A stretch of DNA of 63,913 nucleotides, the filler included, from Sluysia triapertura (taxonomy: Eukaryota): NCBI GenBank assembly GCA_046118255.1. It is 5 parts of 5 records of this genome, joined end to end, with 100 filler letters (N's around TTAATTAATTAA, not from the genome) between each part and the next. Parts side by side here need not be neighbours in the genome. Positions count along the whole stretch, not along the records: positions 1 to 13,965 come from JBJNIA010012427.1; positions 14,066 to 25,091 come from JBJNIA010189953.1; 3 more parts are not named here. The stretch is one strand, 5' to 3'. Under the pieces are notes generated by a model. The model saw nothing but the letters and a program-made list of their open reading frames with translations. It had not been told where the DNA came from and ran no database searches. Position numbers and translations under genes: made by a program. Below, one piece after another: positions 12,588 to 25,191 of this stretch (positions are counted from its first letter, which is position 1; every line of letters begins with the position of its first letter).

Positions 12588-13965
12588 TTAAATTTCATTA
12601 TAATAAATTACTATTAGTCAAATTTGGTTTAAGAATTTTTGTGCTACTTTTAATTTAAACAAATTATACAGTATAAATATTTAATTAAAAATATTTCAAT
12701 TTCATAATCCGCATTAAAATTTAATAATAACGAGTTGAAACAAAGCACCTTATTCTTGACTTTTATTAGATAACACGTGTTTCGAAAATATGACAAATAG
12801 CTAATGAAATTTTAAATGAAGAAATATTATAATGAATGGTTTATGGAAAGCGCTTTTGAGTACTTGTTTTGTTGTAGATATTACCCTTACGTTAACTAAT
12901 TTATAATAATAATAATTATTATTAGTAAAATAACTTAATTTTAAAATTTTATAGTTTTATTCCTATAACATATTGTTGAATTATTCAATATAATATATAT
13001 AATATTCAATATATATAATGCGAATAATGAACTAATTTCTTTTGACGAATATTAAAGTCTCATATTGATAAAAAATCAATAGAATGTCGGCATTTATTGT
13101 CGTATGATTGAGAATGAAGAAATTCTAAGTAGTAACAAATGATAACTTGTATAACATTAAAATAAATATTACTTGATTACCTTAATAAGTAATATTGAAT
13201 TTTACTTTTTAGTTACATATTTTACTAAATTATTTTTTTATCAATCAATTTTCTATATAATTTCTTTGTTATTTTAAATCAAATGTTGTTGAAAATATTA
13301 CTTTCTTTTATTTTTAAGTGACATTACATTAGAGCCAAAAAATTTATAATTTTTTCATAATAAATTTCACTATATAGTCAAATTTATTTTATGGTAAATT
13401 ATACAAAAGTCTTATTCCATATATTTTTACCGTGATATACCGCCAATTTTCTCTATTATAATTCTGGCTTTATTTTTATACGCTTTAATTTTTACTTATT
13501 TATTATATACTATAGCTATATTTATTCTAAATTATAACCGTAACTTTATTTTGTTAAATTTTGTAAAACATATATTAAATTTGAAAAAGTCTCAAAAAGT
13601 TCCATTCATATCAATAATTATAAAGAAATACACACTTTTTCAACTCAAAACATAATACAACTCAACTTACACATTTTACAATTTCACACAATACACCTTT
13701 AATATCAGCTTATCATACATCATTAACACACAACTCATAAAATCCAGTTTATCTACATCAAAATTCCATTGCCAGTCTAAAAAGACCGTAGTTCCAATAA
13801 GGGCATACTTTTAGAGAACAATCATAAAATATCAACAATTCAATAGAATCATTATTCAAGAAATAAATTTATCATAAATCATTTCATCACCAAATTGAAT
13901 GAAAATAAAATTAATTAAAATGAAAAATATCCAAAGAATGAACAAGACCAAGAATTAAAAATCAA

Positions 13966-14065
13966 NNNNNNNNNNNNNNNNNNNNNNNNNNNNNNNNNNN
14001 NNNNNNNNNTTAATTAATTAANNNNNNNNNNNNNNNNNNNNNNNNNNNNNNNNNNNNNNNNNNNN
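13966..14065. other. Assembly gap with artificial TTAATTAATTAA linker
   Basis: 44 N + ttaattaattaa + 44 N; the same structure occurs at all four gaps. Confidence 0.97.
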
Positions 14066-14120
<55 letters not shown>

Positions 14121-14139
14121 TTAATATTAATATTAATAA

Positions 14140-14950
14140 TATGAGATTATCATCACGACCTTCTAAAATCACATAAAATTATTTATAAATGTCTAAAAAT
14201 GCTTTAAAAACTGTTAATTTTCCAAAAAGAAATTTTATTTTCAAAAAAGAAAATAAAATTTCTAAAAAAGAAAATTCATTTCTAAAAATAGAATAGAAGT
14301 TTATATAATGTTCTAGAACATTCAATCGATTTTCATTGGCTGATGACTAGTACATAAACTAGCATGAGTTTAATGAAAATCGCCATTTTACAAATATAAT
14401 TTGTCAATAGTCAGTGAAATTTTGAAAGTGCAATTAGTAATCAGCTCCGTCTTGAATTTAATCATCATTTTTGCATTCTGTTAGATCGGCTTGGAATTCG
14501 TAACAAAATCATCACAAGATTTTATTTTATTCCATGAGAAAATAAATTATTTTGTTTTAAACTGATTTTGATTTTTCATGTGTCAAAATCTTAAATTACA
14601 CTTAAAATCAAATTTAATTCTAATATTGTAAGAATCCCGATATATTAAGGGGAACTTTCCACGTAAATTTTAAAAGAAAATAGATTAAATATCTCAAGAG
14701 GATTTTGTTGTTTCTATTGTATAAATTTTGTGTTCTACCTTATTCTACCCTTGCTATTAGTTTAATTGAATTTTTCTTTATTATGTTATTTAAAGTTAAG
14801 ACCCTCTTAAAATTCATTAGGAACGTACTAAACGTAATTTTTAAGTTAATATAGCTAACTTATGAAATTGCAGAAGCGCCAACTGCAAGTTGTAACTGGG
14901 CCTACTAAATTTTACTTTACCGTAGGTGTAGCTTTAAGAAAACCACAGCA
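14140..14950 (+). mobile_element. Solo-LTR-like repeat family A, near full length, within an (AAT)n array
   Basis: Starts tatgagattatcatca (cf. tgttagattgtcatca in the 41063-42441 copy) and ends aaaaccacagCA; (AAT)n on both sides. Confidence 0.7.
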
Positions 14951-15007
14951 ATAATAATAATAATAACAATAATAATTGCAATAATACTAATAATAATAAT
15001 AATAATC

Positions 15008-15039
<32 letters not shown>

Positions 15040-15400
15040 TGTAATTATAATTATTATACATAGTCTGATATATTTTTATAGTCTGTTCATTTTCATTTTA
15101 CTTAGTATAATCTTCCTACACAACGTAAAAATCATCCATCTATAAGTTAAACTGCTCTATTCGAAGTATCAATTAAAATCTGACTATATTTAATTTATGT
15201 TATTTTAATATTGGGTTTTAATTTAATGATTTTACATTAAATAATATTTATAAATGAAATTGGAAATTGTCTAATAAAATTTGAATGGCTTTAGTATTTG
15301 AACTCTGGATAATTGTCTTTAATGCTTTTATCTAACACATTCATTAAATATTATAAGCATAAACAGCTACATCTATTCTTTCTGTTACTTATTTTCGTAT

Positions 15401-15550
15401 TGCCAGATAATGTCAAATTGCTAGAAGATTATGAAATATTTAAGAAAAAAGCAAAGTTCTTTCTGTTTCAGAAATACTATGGTGAATGATATACCATAAG
15501 CGCTTTTGAGTACTTTCGCGGTAGATATGAGCGCCATATAAATTAATATA
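15401..15550 (+). mobile_element. LINE (L2/CR1-like) 3' end fragment
   Basis: LPDNVKLLEDYEIFKKKAKFFL (ORF2 C-terminal LPxxVK...FKxxxKxFL pattern), then aagcgcttttgag...gcgccatataaattaa and an AT-rich tail. Related copies near 12780-12900, 26020-26140, 33665-33750, 49200-49350 and inverted near 44580-44630. Confidence 0.65.
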
Positions 15551-16110
15551 TTATATATATTATATGAGTTTTACCAATTAAGAGAATTTTTTCTATATAA
15601 TATTGTCGATTTTAATTAAACATAGTCCCACATCATGTCATAAGTGGCATCCTGTAAAATTTATTTTAATATAGGTTAAGAGTTGTGAAAATCAGAGCAA
15701 AATTTAGCATCAGTTTTTGGACCAATTCAATTGATATTCGACATTGAATTTTTGAGTTAAATTTTATTTTGACGACATACGCAATTTTTAAGTCGTATAC
15801 TGTAAGAGGATTCTGTAAATTAATTTCTTTTTGCTGTTAGGTAAGTTTTAGAGTACACTAGTAAGAAACTCAGCTCACTGTTATTTTATTTCAATCTTGG
15901 CTTCGCCCGTCACCCGTGACCTCAATGGCATTCAACGTGTTAATGAGAAAGTAAAAAAGGGAATACTCGAGAATAATTACAACACTACAATAATTACACA
16001 ATAATTTCTATATGTGTCGGGGAAAGATCCATGATTTTGGTAATTTCGCATTTTATATTTAAATTATTAAATATTTTTTGGGAGACTTACCGTCATTTTT
16101 TGTTCCTTAT

Positions 16111-16610
16111 TGTTGGGATTATCCAACTGTGAATTAGAAATGAGTAAGAGACAGAGAACCACAAATTGAAGGAAGAGTTCATACGAAGTGATAGATTAAA
16201 AATTATAAACAAATGGTGGAATAAGAATCATGAAACTAAAAACATCTATAATAATGTTAACAGCTGAAGAATACCTTAGAGCTCCAAAGACCTATAAAAG
16301 TGTTGAGACCTTACGGAAGCTTGAAATGGACTTGGAAAACCTTTAAGGCATTATATTATTACTGAGCTATTTGCCTTGAGATAATCTAAGACCTTATTAA
16401 CCTTTACATATTCTTGTAAAGGTGACAATCAACTAGGACCTTCTAGTAACCTTATGGAGTATTTAAGATCTTTAAAATATTTGAGAAGTAAAATCATGGT
16501 TCAAAATCATAAGATAATTTTAATATGGTAATAATTAACATGAGGAAATAGAAAAAGGAATCAGAGAGGCAAATGTGAAACCATCTATGGAATATTACTT
16601 TGGAATATTT
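16111..16610 (+). mobile_element. LTR-like repeat family B, partial copy
   Basis: Starts tgttgggatt; shares agaatcatgaaa, ataatctaagac and aaaaggaatcagagagg with 60399-61456. Confidence 0.7.
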
Positions 16611-18009
16611 TAACAATATCATTTTTATTTTCACCTTTTTATAGAAAATTGATAAATTTGATTCTTGGCAAATTTATGTTTAAAATACCTTAAGTTAATT
16701 ATTTGATTTTTACCTATTTGTATAATAACTTTGTGGGAGACACTCTACCCAATTTGTTTTTAAAATATTTGATTTTGATTTTGTTTTGCACTCTTTGGGA
16801 AGAATATAAATAGTATTATTTGTCAAATCTTGATTTTGTTGCGTCAACTCTGGTTTTCTTTTTGCACGGGTTATTAACATTATTATAAAAGTTATTGTTA
16901 ACTTTCTTTTAATTGTTTATTATTTTTAGTTGTCCCATTTACATTAATGTTGTAATTTTTATTTAATTTTTTGTAATTATTGATTTGTTATTGATTTGAA
17001 TTGAAGAATATAACTTCTGTGTGTTGAATAGTTACCGTGATTAAACTAATAGAATTTGAGATAATTTAAATTTAATTTGATAAGTACTGAAAATATTGGG
17101 TTTCCGTTTTAGCCATTACTGACTTATTGTATTTGGTTACTAAAATACGCAAATTATTCACATATTATTTTTGAATAATGAGAAATATGAAGAAACAACC
17201 CTTTAGAAGGTTTTATTTGTTAAAATATTAAAGTACATTTGTTAATTAACTTAATTAAAATTTATTTAATTTGATAAGTCAGTAAAAATATTTGCTTATG
17301 ATATATTGATTTTTATTAGTGTTTTAATGATAAAGTATTGCGAGGCACGTCAACGTAGATTACGTAATTTTTATGATTTTAAAGTTAAAGTTAATATCTT
17401 CCGATGTCTAAGTATTAATAAAGTATTAATGCAGAATACTCCTTTGAGAAATAGATTTATTACTTCATAAATTTTATCATTAAATTAAGTTGACAAATTA
17501 CGTTATTAGTATACTAGCAATGTAACAATGATTTTAAATTTTGATTAGGTGATATTAAGAATATAAGGGGATTGTTTACCACAAATCTTATTAAAATGAT
17601 TAAAATGATATTGAATTTGCCGAAATTCAATCAGTAAAATTAGTCAGCTTATTACCGACTTAAAGAGAATAGACAGCTTTAATTTCCGGTTTGTTCAATT
17701 TCTGATTTCTAATTTCCTATAAGCATCATAAACTGCTATATGAGGAGTTACATTTTTGTAGAAAGTTAGAAAAAAAGAAAAGAGATAGAGCTAAGAATTA
17801 CGAAGATAAAAGAAAACTTTCTAGCTCTAGCTTCAGTTCATCAGTGGATAACGGTGGAAATGAAGTTATTTTTTTAGCAATCAGCTAAAATCAAATAGTT
17901 TAGTATAAAGTAGGAATAAAGGTTAGTGAATTATTTTTTATTGATTATATTTTGTATTAATACATGTACGAAGTTTTAAGTTGTGCCACTGCTGGTTTTG
18001 ATTTGTTTT

Positions 18010-18130
18010 TAGAGAGTAATTTACGTTGTCATAAAGAATAATTTATAATATTGTTACAGAGAATAATTTATATTTTGTTATAAAGAGTACTTTGTATTGT
18101 CGTTGTTATAAAGAATAATTTATATCGTTT
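18010..18130. repeat. Minisatellite, ~25-30 bp degenerate unit (agaataatttata..ttgtta)
   Basis: Repeated gaataatttat / gttgttataaagaa units. Confidence 0.55.
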
Positions 18131-18465
18131 AGTTGTAATTTTGTGATAATTCAAAAAATATATCGAGATTCTGAATTTGTTTAATCACTGAGTTTTTAAT
18201 TGATAATTTGTATAAAGACACAACAAATGTATTTATGATACAGTATACGTCATGTGTCCTGATGTTTAAAATGCATCGAAAGATACGGTAGAATAGTGAT
18301 ATTATTGAGAAAATAAATAATCTGCGTAGTGCTTTAGCTGTTTTCAATGTATTAAAACAATAAAATTGTAAGTTTTATAGATCAAAAAATATTATTATTA
18401 GTATAATTTTTTTAGCAAAAAATGTCTACAGAAATTAAACATAATATAAAATAATTTTATTTTTT

Positions 18466-18525
18466 GATCGAACCCGGGACCATCGCTGCGCAGTTCGAAT
18501 GCTCTACCACTGAGCTATCAGCCCC
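18466..18525 (-). pseudogene. tRNA-derived pseudogene/repeat head (tRNA-Cys-like), 3'-truncated
   Basis: Minus strand GGGGCTGATAGCTCAGTGGTAGAGCATTCGAACTGCGCAGCGATGGTCCCGGGTTCGATC: A-box (TAGCTCAGTGG) and B-box (GGTTCGATC) present, anticodon arm distorted, 3' acceptor strand missing. Confidence 0.75.
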
Positions 18526-19283
18526 GTCTAACGATTTTATTTTCTTAGTCAATTTTACCAAGTGGCACTTTAGGCCTATTTACCCCAAGAGTTAAATTAA
18601 TGAACACAATTATATAATTTTTTCAAATCGAATAGAATCACAATTTTGGTGTTCATATAATCACTCGGCATTATTGCATTTAAATAACAGTTTCATCATG
18701 ACCTTTTCTAAACAATCCTTAAACAAATTCAAGTATTCGCCCTTGAACCTTAAGTCAATAAGATCATTTTCGATATACTTTTACAATATAAAACCATTCA
18801 ATGCAAATAAAATACGATGTAATAAATTACTTAAATTAACATAAGAAATATAACTTATAATAAACTCACCAAATCACATTCATCACTTTCTTTAACGTCA
18901 AAAATCTATGCAAGTTCAAAGCCGAAAAAACAAAATACGAAAATATCTCATTTTTCATTAAAAGAATAATTACTTCAATAACATATCTTGGTTTTTGATT
19001 ATTTTAAAATAGTTTTCCACATTTTTGTACATAGTTTTTGAAAATCTCCATTTTTGGAAAAAACCTGGAAATGGAGAGTAATAATAATAAAGATGGAGTA
19101 ATGAAAATGAAATAGTAATAATAATAGTAAAATAGCATAATTATAATAAAGACATTGTTCAATGTATTTATTACTTAAAAGTATTTATATTTAATGACTA
19201 TTTCGAGTAAATTTAACAAAATTCATACTTAATTTTTGTAGAATTAAAATCCTGATTTTACTTTAAAAATAATCAATAAGATT

Positions 19284-20639
19284 ATGAATAATAGTCTATT
19301 AAATGTTTCACCATCTAATTTAACATTTTTATTATTAAATGGTTGCGGATTTATATCTCAAAGAGTAAAGATAATTAATCGATCAGAAAACCAAATTTCT
19401 TTTAAAGGTTTTATTTGGTACTTTTATTACTAAAATTAGTTTCACTTGGTACTCCTTATAAGTATCACATTAGTCAAACATCAGGAAAATTAAACCCAAA
19501 TGAAGTAAACAACATGTGAGTAGATGTGAATAAATAAATTTATTTTATAATTTAAATTATTATACGCGAATAATTTAAGTACCTTTATATCAATGAATCT
19601 AGATAATGATTTTGTTTGTTTTTATCAGAGTCGTAACTTTGCAAATGTCGAGTTTGGCCTCATTTACACCCGGATATATAGATTATTTATATGTTACGTT
19701 TTATGATTTTGAAAATAAAAGCATGCTTGGTTAGATGATAATTATATTAATTTTTTATATTTAAGATCAGAAAACAATATTAATGCAAGTTTTTTGTGAT
19801 AATGTTAATGGTGCAATAGGTTATTTATCATTTGTTCATTTATAATTGCTTAAATTTAAACTCAGAATTTTGAACAAATTAAATTAAACAATGTACAATA
19901 ATTATTCTTATTAATTAAGATAAAAAGTATAGTATAGTTAATGTATAATACAATATTTTTTTAATTATTTATTTTTAAAATGAAAATATAATTTATGAAA
20001 ATAATAAAAAATTAATGCAGCCAATCTGTGGAATTTAATGTTAATAGCTAATCTTATTTAGCAAATACTTGTTTGGTTCCTGCTGTTCCTCAACATAATT
20101 CTACCTCTTCATCTTTATCTTCTATTCAAAATATACAAAATTTTCCAGTTCAGATGTGTCCTTGCGATACAACCTATAATAAAAATATATTTTGTGATCC
20201 ATCACCATGTAATATTCAGTCCTCTCCAAGTATACCTTGGTGTCAAGCATCATTACCAACAATGTGCTCTCAGAACCACTGCCAAGCCATCACACCATCT
20301 CCGCAATACAAAACTCATTGTCATTGTTATTATAATGATCCCCCTTCTGGTTGTTTTTTAAGATCTTATCTGCGTTCATGCAACTGGAATGGATTATGTT
20401 TGTGGGCTTTGATAATTTCAGTTTGTTTATTTATAATTCTTTCTCCTTCCGAAGTAAGTCAAAGGACCTATGACATATTTTTTCGATTTATTCCAACTCC
20501 TTATGCTGCCGTTTTATCACCAGCATTGAAATATTTTGCTTGGTTTATACTTGGTTAGTTGTATTTAACAAATTTAAATTTATTTTTAGGTGGAATATTA
20601 ATGAACGCTTTGATACAATCAATTTTCCGGATTTCTTGA
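19284..20639 (+). CDS. MSP (major sperm protein)-domain protein with C-terminal transmembrane segments, MOSPD1/3-like; exons 19284-19407, 19440-19515, 19629-19729, 19766-19819, 20062-20553, 20590-20639
   Basis: All five GT-AG introns splice in phase to give MNNSLLNVSPSNLTFLLLNGCGFISQRVKIINRSENQISFKVSLGTPYKYHISQTSGKLNPNEVNNIVVTL... (MSP pattern LxVxPxxLxF, NxSxxxIxFKV, PxxYxIxxxxGxLxPxE), a Cys/Pro/Ser-rich linker and hydrophobic helices GLCLWALIISVCLFIIL and YFAWFILGGILMNALI. Confidence 0.85.
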
Positions 20640-21143
20640 TTAAATACTGCGTTTTATTTTTGTATTTTTTTCATTTTTTAATTTTGGTTATTATTTGAAA
20701 TTATTTCATATTTATTTTAAGGATAAACAAAATTTATAATTTCATTACATTTACGCAAACATGAATTTAAATTTTGTTTTGAGTTTTTAATAAATTATTA
20801 TTTTCGTTTTCTGAAACACAAAAATATTTACAAAGTTATTTATAATGTTGAGGTACGAATAGTTTTAAATAATGTATAATAAGTATTGTTTTAGTAATAT
20901 TTCATTTGCATAAAATCATACGTTTTAATACATTTAAAAAACCGTAATCCAAATTATAATATTCTATCATAAATTTTTATATAATGTATCAATTTTATAA
21001 TTATTTCTATTTCATTGGCGTAATATTTATTTTGATTATTTTTTAATTTATAAACTATATATGATTTTAAAGTAAAAGGTTGAATCACATTTGTTACGTT
21101 TGACACATTTAAATTTAAATAAGCTGTTTTATAGTAATTTTAA

Positions 21144-21334
21144 ATGGTTGAAACCAATTGGGAAGATTTACGTAGATTAGCACGGACATTGGAAAATACT
21201 TTGGATACAAAATTAGTCGCACTCAGTCGTTTAGGATCAAGACAAGTACGAGAATCTAAAATATCAAATGATTCTGTAAAAGAAGATACTTTATTTGAAT
21301 CTATGTCAACAGATATTGAACACATACTTGACAG
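21144..21334 (+). CDS. GOSR1: Golgi SNAP receptor complex member 1 (GS28), first coding exon; later exons not found in the window
   Basis: MVETNWEDLRRLARTLENTLDTKLVALSRLG...LFESMSTDIEHILD matches the GOSR1 N-terminus (WEDLRKQARQLENELDLKLVSFSKL...FETMAIEIEQLL); donor AG|gtacga after 21334. Confidence 0.9.
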
Positions 21335-22919
21335 GTACGATATAAGTGATATTTCCTATATTAGAATATGTTATAAATTTTATAAAACTTGGATTTTGGA
21401 TTTCTTAAGTTGAATATAAATTAATCCTAACATTGAATTAATGGTATTAAATTAAAATTATGATTTACGAAAAGGTTTATGCATTAGTCATTTTTTAATA
21501 TAGACGCTTCAGTTTTTAACTTAAAAAATTTCTAAAACAATAATTAGAATTTTTTTCATTGATTATCGAATTAACTTTGTGATTTTCTTAATGTTTTAAT
21601 TTTGGATTATATTTGTAAGAAGTGATGAATTGTACTAATTTTCCACGAGCTAAAATATTTAAAAACTATGAAAATCGGTAATCATAAGTTTAAGTAGACG
21701 CTCCTTAGCTTTATATGAAACGTCTTGTAAAAGTTGAAAATTGTGCATTATAATTAAGATAATTCGATTGAATGAATTTCAATAACTATTTTTTTGTATA
21801 AAATACAAATATAAATATTATGTCTTACTCCAGACTAATTTTATAATGTGAAATATTTATTTTGATGACTCCACAATCGATAAATTAATATTTTCAGTTA
21901 TTTTAATAATTAAATTAAATGTTTAATAATAATAACAATGTAACCGTATTTATTTTATTTAAAATTGTTTAACTATATTTATAAAATCGTTTATCTCGAT
22001 ATCTTAAACTTTGTACTTATCACAAAATTATAAATTGGTTATATGCTATTGTGGGTACTTTTGACTAAACCCTTGTTCGACGAAGACGGAGGTGCACTTT
22101 AGGAAATTCGTTCAAATAACTTAATATAACTCCACACAGTGACTAAATTATATTAGTGCTGCACTTATTTTATGTTATTACAATTATGCTGCATTCACTT
22201 GAAAAACAATTTGTAATTTTCACCATATAAAATTCTAATGTTTACATACTATTTTCCTTTGATATCATATACTTATCAATTAGAGTTCATATCGTTTTGG
22301 TAATATATTTTTTAACTCTGCATTCATACTTAGTACTTTTATTTATATCAGCCTTGTTAGTAATTATTCACATTTTAGCAGTTTCATTGACTACGTTTTG
22401 TGATGCTAATTAAGTGTGATGAATTTTTGCCTTTGGCTATTAGTTTCTGGTTTCCGTTCTGCTACTTAGAGGTGCTTTTCGAGTTTTATAACCGGTTTTT
22501 AAGTTGAATAAATATATTTAAATATTGTAAAATAAATACAATATAATTTTATTTAAAATGATTTTGTTTTTAAACCACTTTGAACAATATTCACAGTATT
22601 TAGAATTTATTTACAATGTCGTTATTGTCAAATTATTTACCAAGGTTATGGGTTTTTCTTGCATTAATAATAATGTAGCAATCACAATAGTAATAATACT
22701 ACATTAATGATAACTGCTGTAATACTTCTACCAACTCTCCATGTTCTTTTTTAAAAATAAACATCCTCAGTGCTTACATTCTTGACATTCTTGATAAATA
22801 AAAAAATACTTGGTTTATATCTTTATTGAAGGAAAATAACTTGTTAAAATACTTCTAGAACTTCACCGCTATCAAAAATTTATGAGGAAATGCGTATTTC
22901 AACAGGGGAAATAAAAGAA

Positions 22920-23560
22920 ATTTTACAGTATAAGATTATATTGGAAAGACAATATAAGAAAAAAATGAGAAGTATAAAAATTAAATTTATAAATTCCAAA
23001 TGAAATAATCATCCAGTTTGGATTACTTTTTGATATAACGTTTATTAGAAATCTTTCGAAATATTTGGCTAATTCCAGTTTATTCTTTATTCTATGAAGT
23101 GTTGGCAGTATATGGTAACAGATGGTAATCTGACAGAGCAATGTAGAAACTATAATTCGGATATGGCAGAATTTCCAAATTAAATATTGTAAATGCATCG
23201 AGTAACTAGCAATATGCGGTCTTCCATTGCCATTAAGCAAAATTATACATTTTTAATGATCAATTTTGGTTGAACATCTAACGTCAGCTGCGTAACTGAT
23301 GACAATTTTCAATAATTCGTAAGGTATGACTGAAGTTAAAACTTTTGTTAAGCGTAAGTTACTCTGCGGAGTTGATTCAACTGATAGATATACAGAAATT
23401 CACTTCTTTTTTGCAATTTTTATTAACACATAAAAAGAGGTTACAGTTGAGACCTAGAAACTACTCTGATGCCAAATTATGCGTAATTTTAAATAAGTTC
23501 TACGAATGTTTCCAAGTATCGTGGCTATTTCTGTAATTTAAATTCTTTTATTGGATTAAA
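22920..23560 (-). mobile_element. Possible heavily decayed LINE RT fragment
   Basis: Weak minus-strand traces of GIPQGSxLGPxLFxxYVN (near 23430-23475) and RPxLxY...IW (near 23175-23225); many lesions. Confidence 0.25.
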
Positions 23561-23824
23561 TTCTTTTTATTATCCTGTACGTCTAAATTTTGAGATCGCT
23601 TTTTAGTGATTTGTAAGAACCTCATAAACATCGTAAATATAGTAGAAAACAACTTGATTAAAAAATATTTTAAATAAACTTTGAATATTATAAATTTTGT
23701 AAACACGTGAGAAACAATGTCGAAGTCAGAATATAATAAGCATATGGGAAGAAGAAAGCATAAATTTATTAGGATATGAGAATTTGTTGCTTTAAATTTT
23801 ACTTTACATATTATATGCTTAATG

Positions 23825-23890
23825 CTTATGTGAGTCCTCTATGATATTGGGCTTACACACTTAAGGGCTAATTCATATATTTCAGCGTAA
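23825..23890. repeat. Short dispersed repeat, possibly a PIF/Harbinger-like terminus; inverted copy at 40547-40612
   Basis: gagtcctctatgatattgggcttacacacttaaggg...tcagcgtaag versus cttacgctga...cccttaagtgtgtaagcccagtatcatagaggactc. Confidence 0.6.
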
Positions 23891-24300
23891 GGTTATGGTT
23901 GCACTGGTTTAGGTTCGTCATATAAGTTAATTATCTTTCGTAAAGAATTATCGTTCAAATAGGTAAATAGTTCTATGTGTGGGATAGAATTCTTGAATAC
24001 TTTACCAGTAAAAGTAGTAAGGTTGCATATTAATAATTATGTAATAGCAACTGATTACAAGAAAAAATAATAATGTTACGATATTCTTTAGTGTCTTTTG
24101 AATGAGCAGAGATAAATGGTATTAGAATTTGTAGAAGCGAAGCAAGTTATGCACAACTTTGGTATTAAATTTGGTTATTGAATGTTGAACTGTGAAGTTG
24201 AACTTTTATGATCAAAGTTCTTTCCTTAACTGCGTGCAAATATATTACTTAATAGTTCGCCTATATTGTACAGTTTACGAGATATTACACTTAACTTATA

Positions 24301-24885
24301 CAGGGAAATTGAAAAGTAACTCCCTATTTTAAAACACCTAAAATTTAATTCAAATGTAATGTTTCTCAACTTTTGTGTATATCTTATTTAATGTATGGCA
24401 ATTTAATATATGCTCGTTTTCTTTTTAGATCTGGTTTTTGAATTTGTTTTAATTAATTTGTTTGATATTTCAAAACCCTACAAAAATGGTTGGATAGCTG
24501 CACGTTACGAAGTTTGGAGATCCTTCGTGAATGGCTGATGATAAATTTCCTGGAAGATGGATAGGTCGTCGTTGTTCGACGAATGGCCAACCAGAAGTCC
24601 TGACTTAACACTATGCGACTTTTTTCTTTGGGGTTGGTTGAAAGTGCAAGTTTGCTCAACCAAACCAAGAAATTTAGAAGAACTTGAAGGGTGAATACCG
24701 CAAGAGTTTCTTGTGAATGCGATTCCTGGTCGACTTGAGAAATTGATGGCGAATTATGGTGCCTACATTGAATTTTAAATAAAGTCCATGCAATATACTT
24801 TCTTCCCATTTATTAAACGTATAAATTATATTTAAATTATAAACTACAGTTATTTTAAGATAGAGAGTTACTTTTCAATCACTTA
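24301..24885 (+). mobile_element. Internally deleted Tc1/mariner-superfamily transposon (rosa/DD41D-like C-terminal transposase)
   Basis: TIRs (ta)cagggaaattgaaaagtaactccctattttaaaa / ttttaagatagagagttacttttcaatcac. Internal frameshifted DKFPGRWIGRR, EWPTRSPDLTLCDF, LWGWLKVQVCSTKPRNLEEL. Confidence 0.85.
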
Positions 24886-25016
24886 CAAAGATTTTAAAGC
24901 TAACCGTAAATAAGCTCTACAAATAGAGAAGAATATTAAAAGCACAGCAAAATTAACAACAAAAATTATGAACAATGACAGATACAAATAACATGCCCAA
25001 ATAAAATGAAAGTAGT

Positions 25017-25091
25017 TTAACTCGTTCGCTACCAGCCGGCACATATGTGTGCCACTGTAATTCGTTACCAGAGACCAGCGGCACATATATG
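25017..25091. mobile_element. piggyBac-like MITE left end, truncated by a gap
   Basis: TTAA-ctcgttcgctaccag followed by repeated subterminal cggcacatat motifs. Confidence 0.45.
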
Positions 25092-25191
25092 NNNNNNNNN
25101 NNNNNNNNNNNNNNNNNNNNNNNNNNNNNNNNNNNTTAATTAATTAANNNNNNNNNNNNNNNNNNNNNNNNNNNNNNNNNNNNNNNNNNNN
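25092..25191. other. Assembly gap with artificial linker
   Basis: N44-ttaattaattaa-N44. Confidence 0.97.

Noticed and set aside
14010-14021. Perfect palindrome TTAATTAATTAA recurring four times (also 25136, 40002, 52005)
   Set aside because: Always centred in 100-bp N gaps; an artificial six-frame-stop scaffolding linker.
18466-18525. Functional tRNA gene
   Set aside because: The 3' side of the T-stem and acceptor stem is absent and the anticodon arm is malformed.
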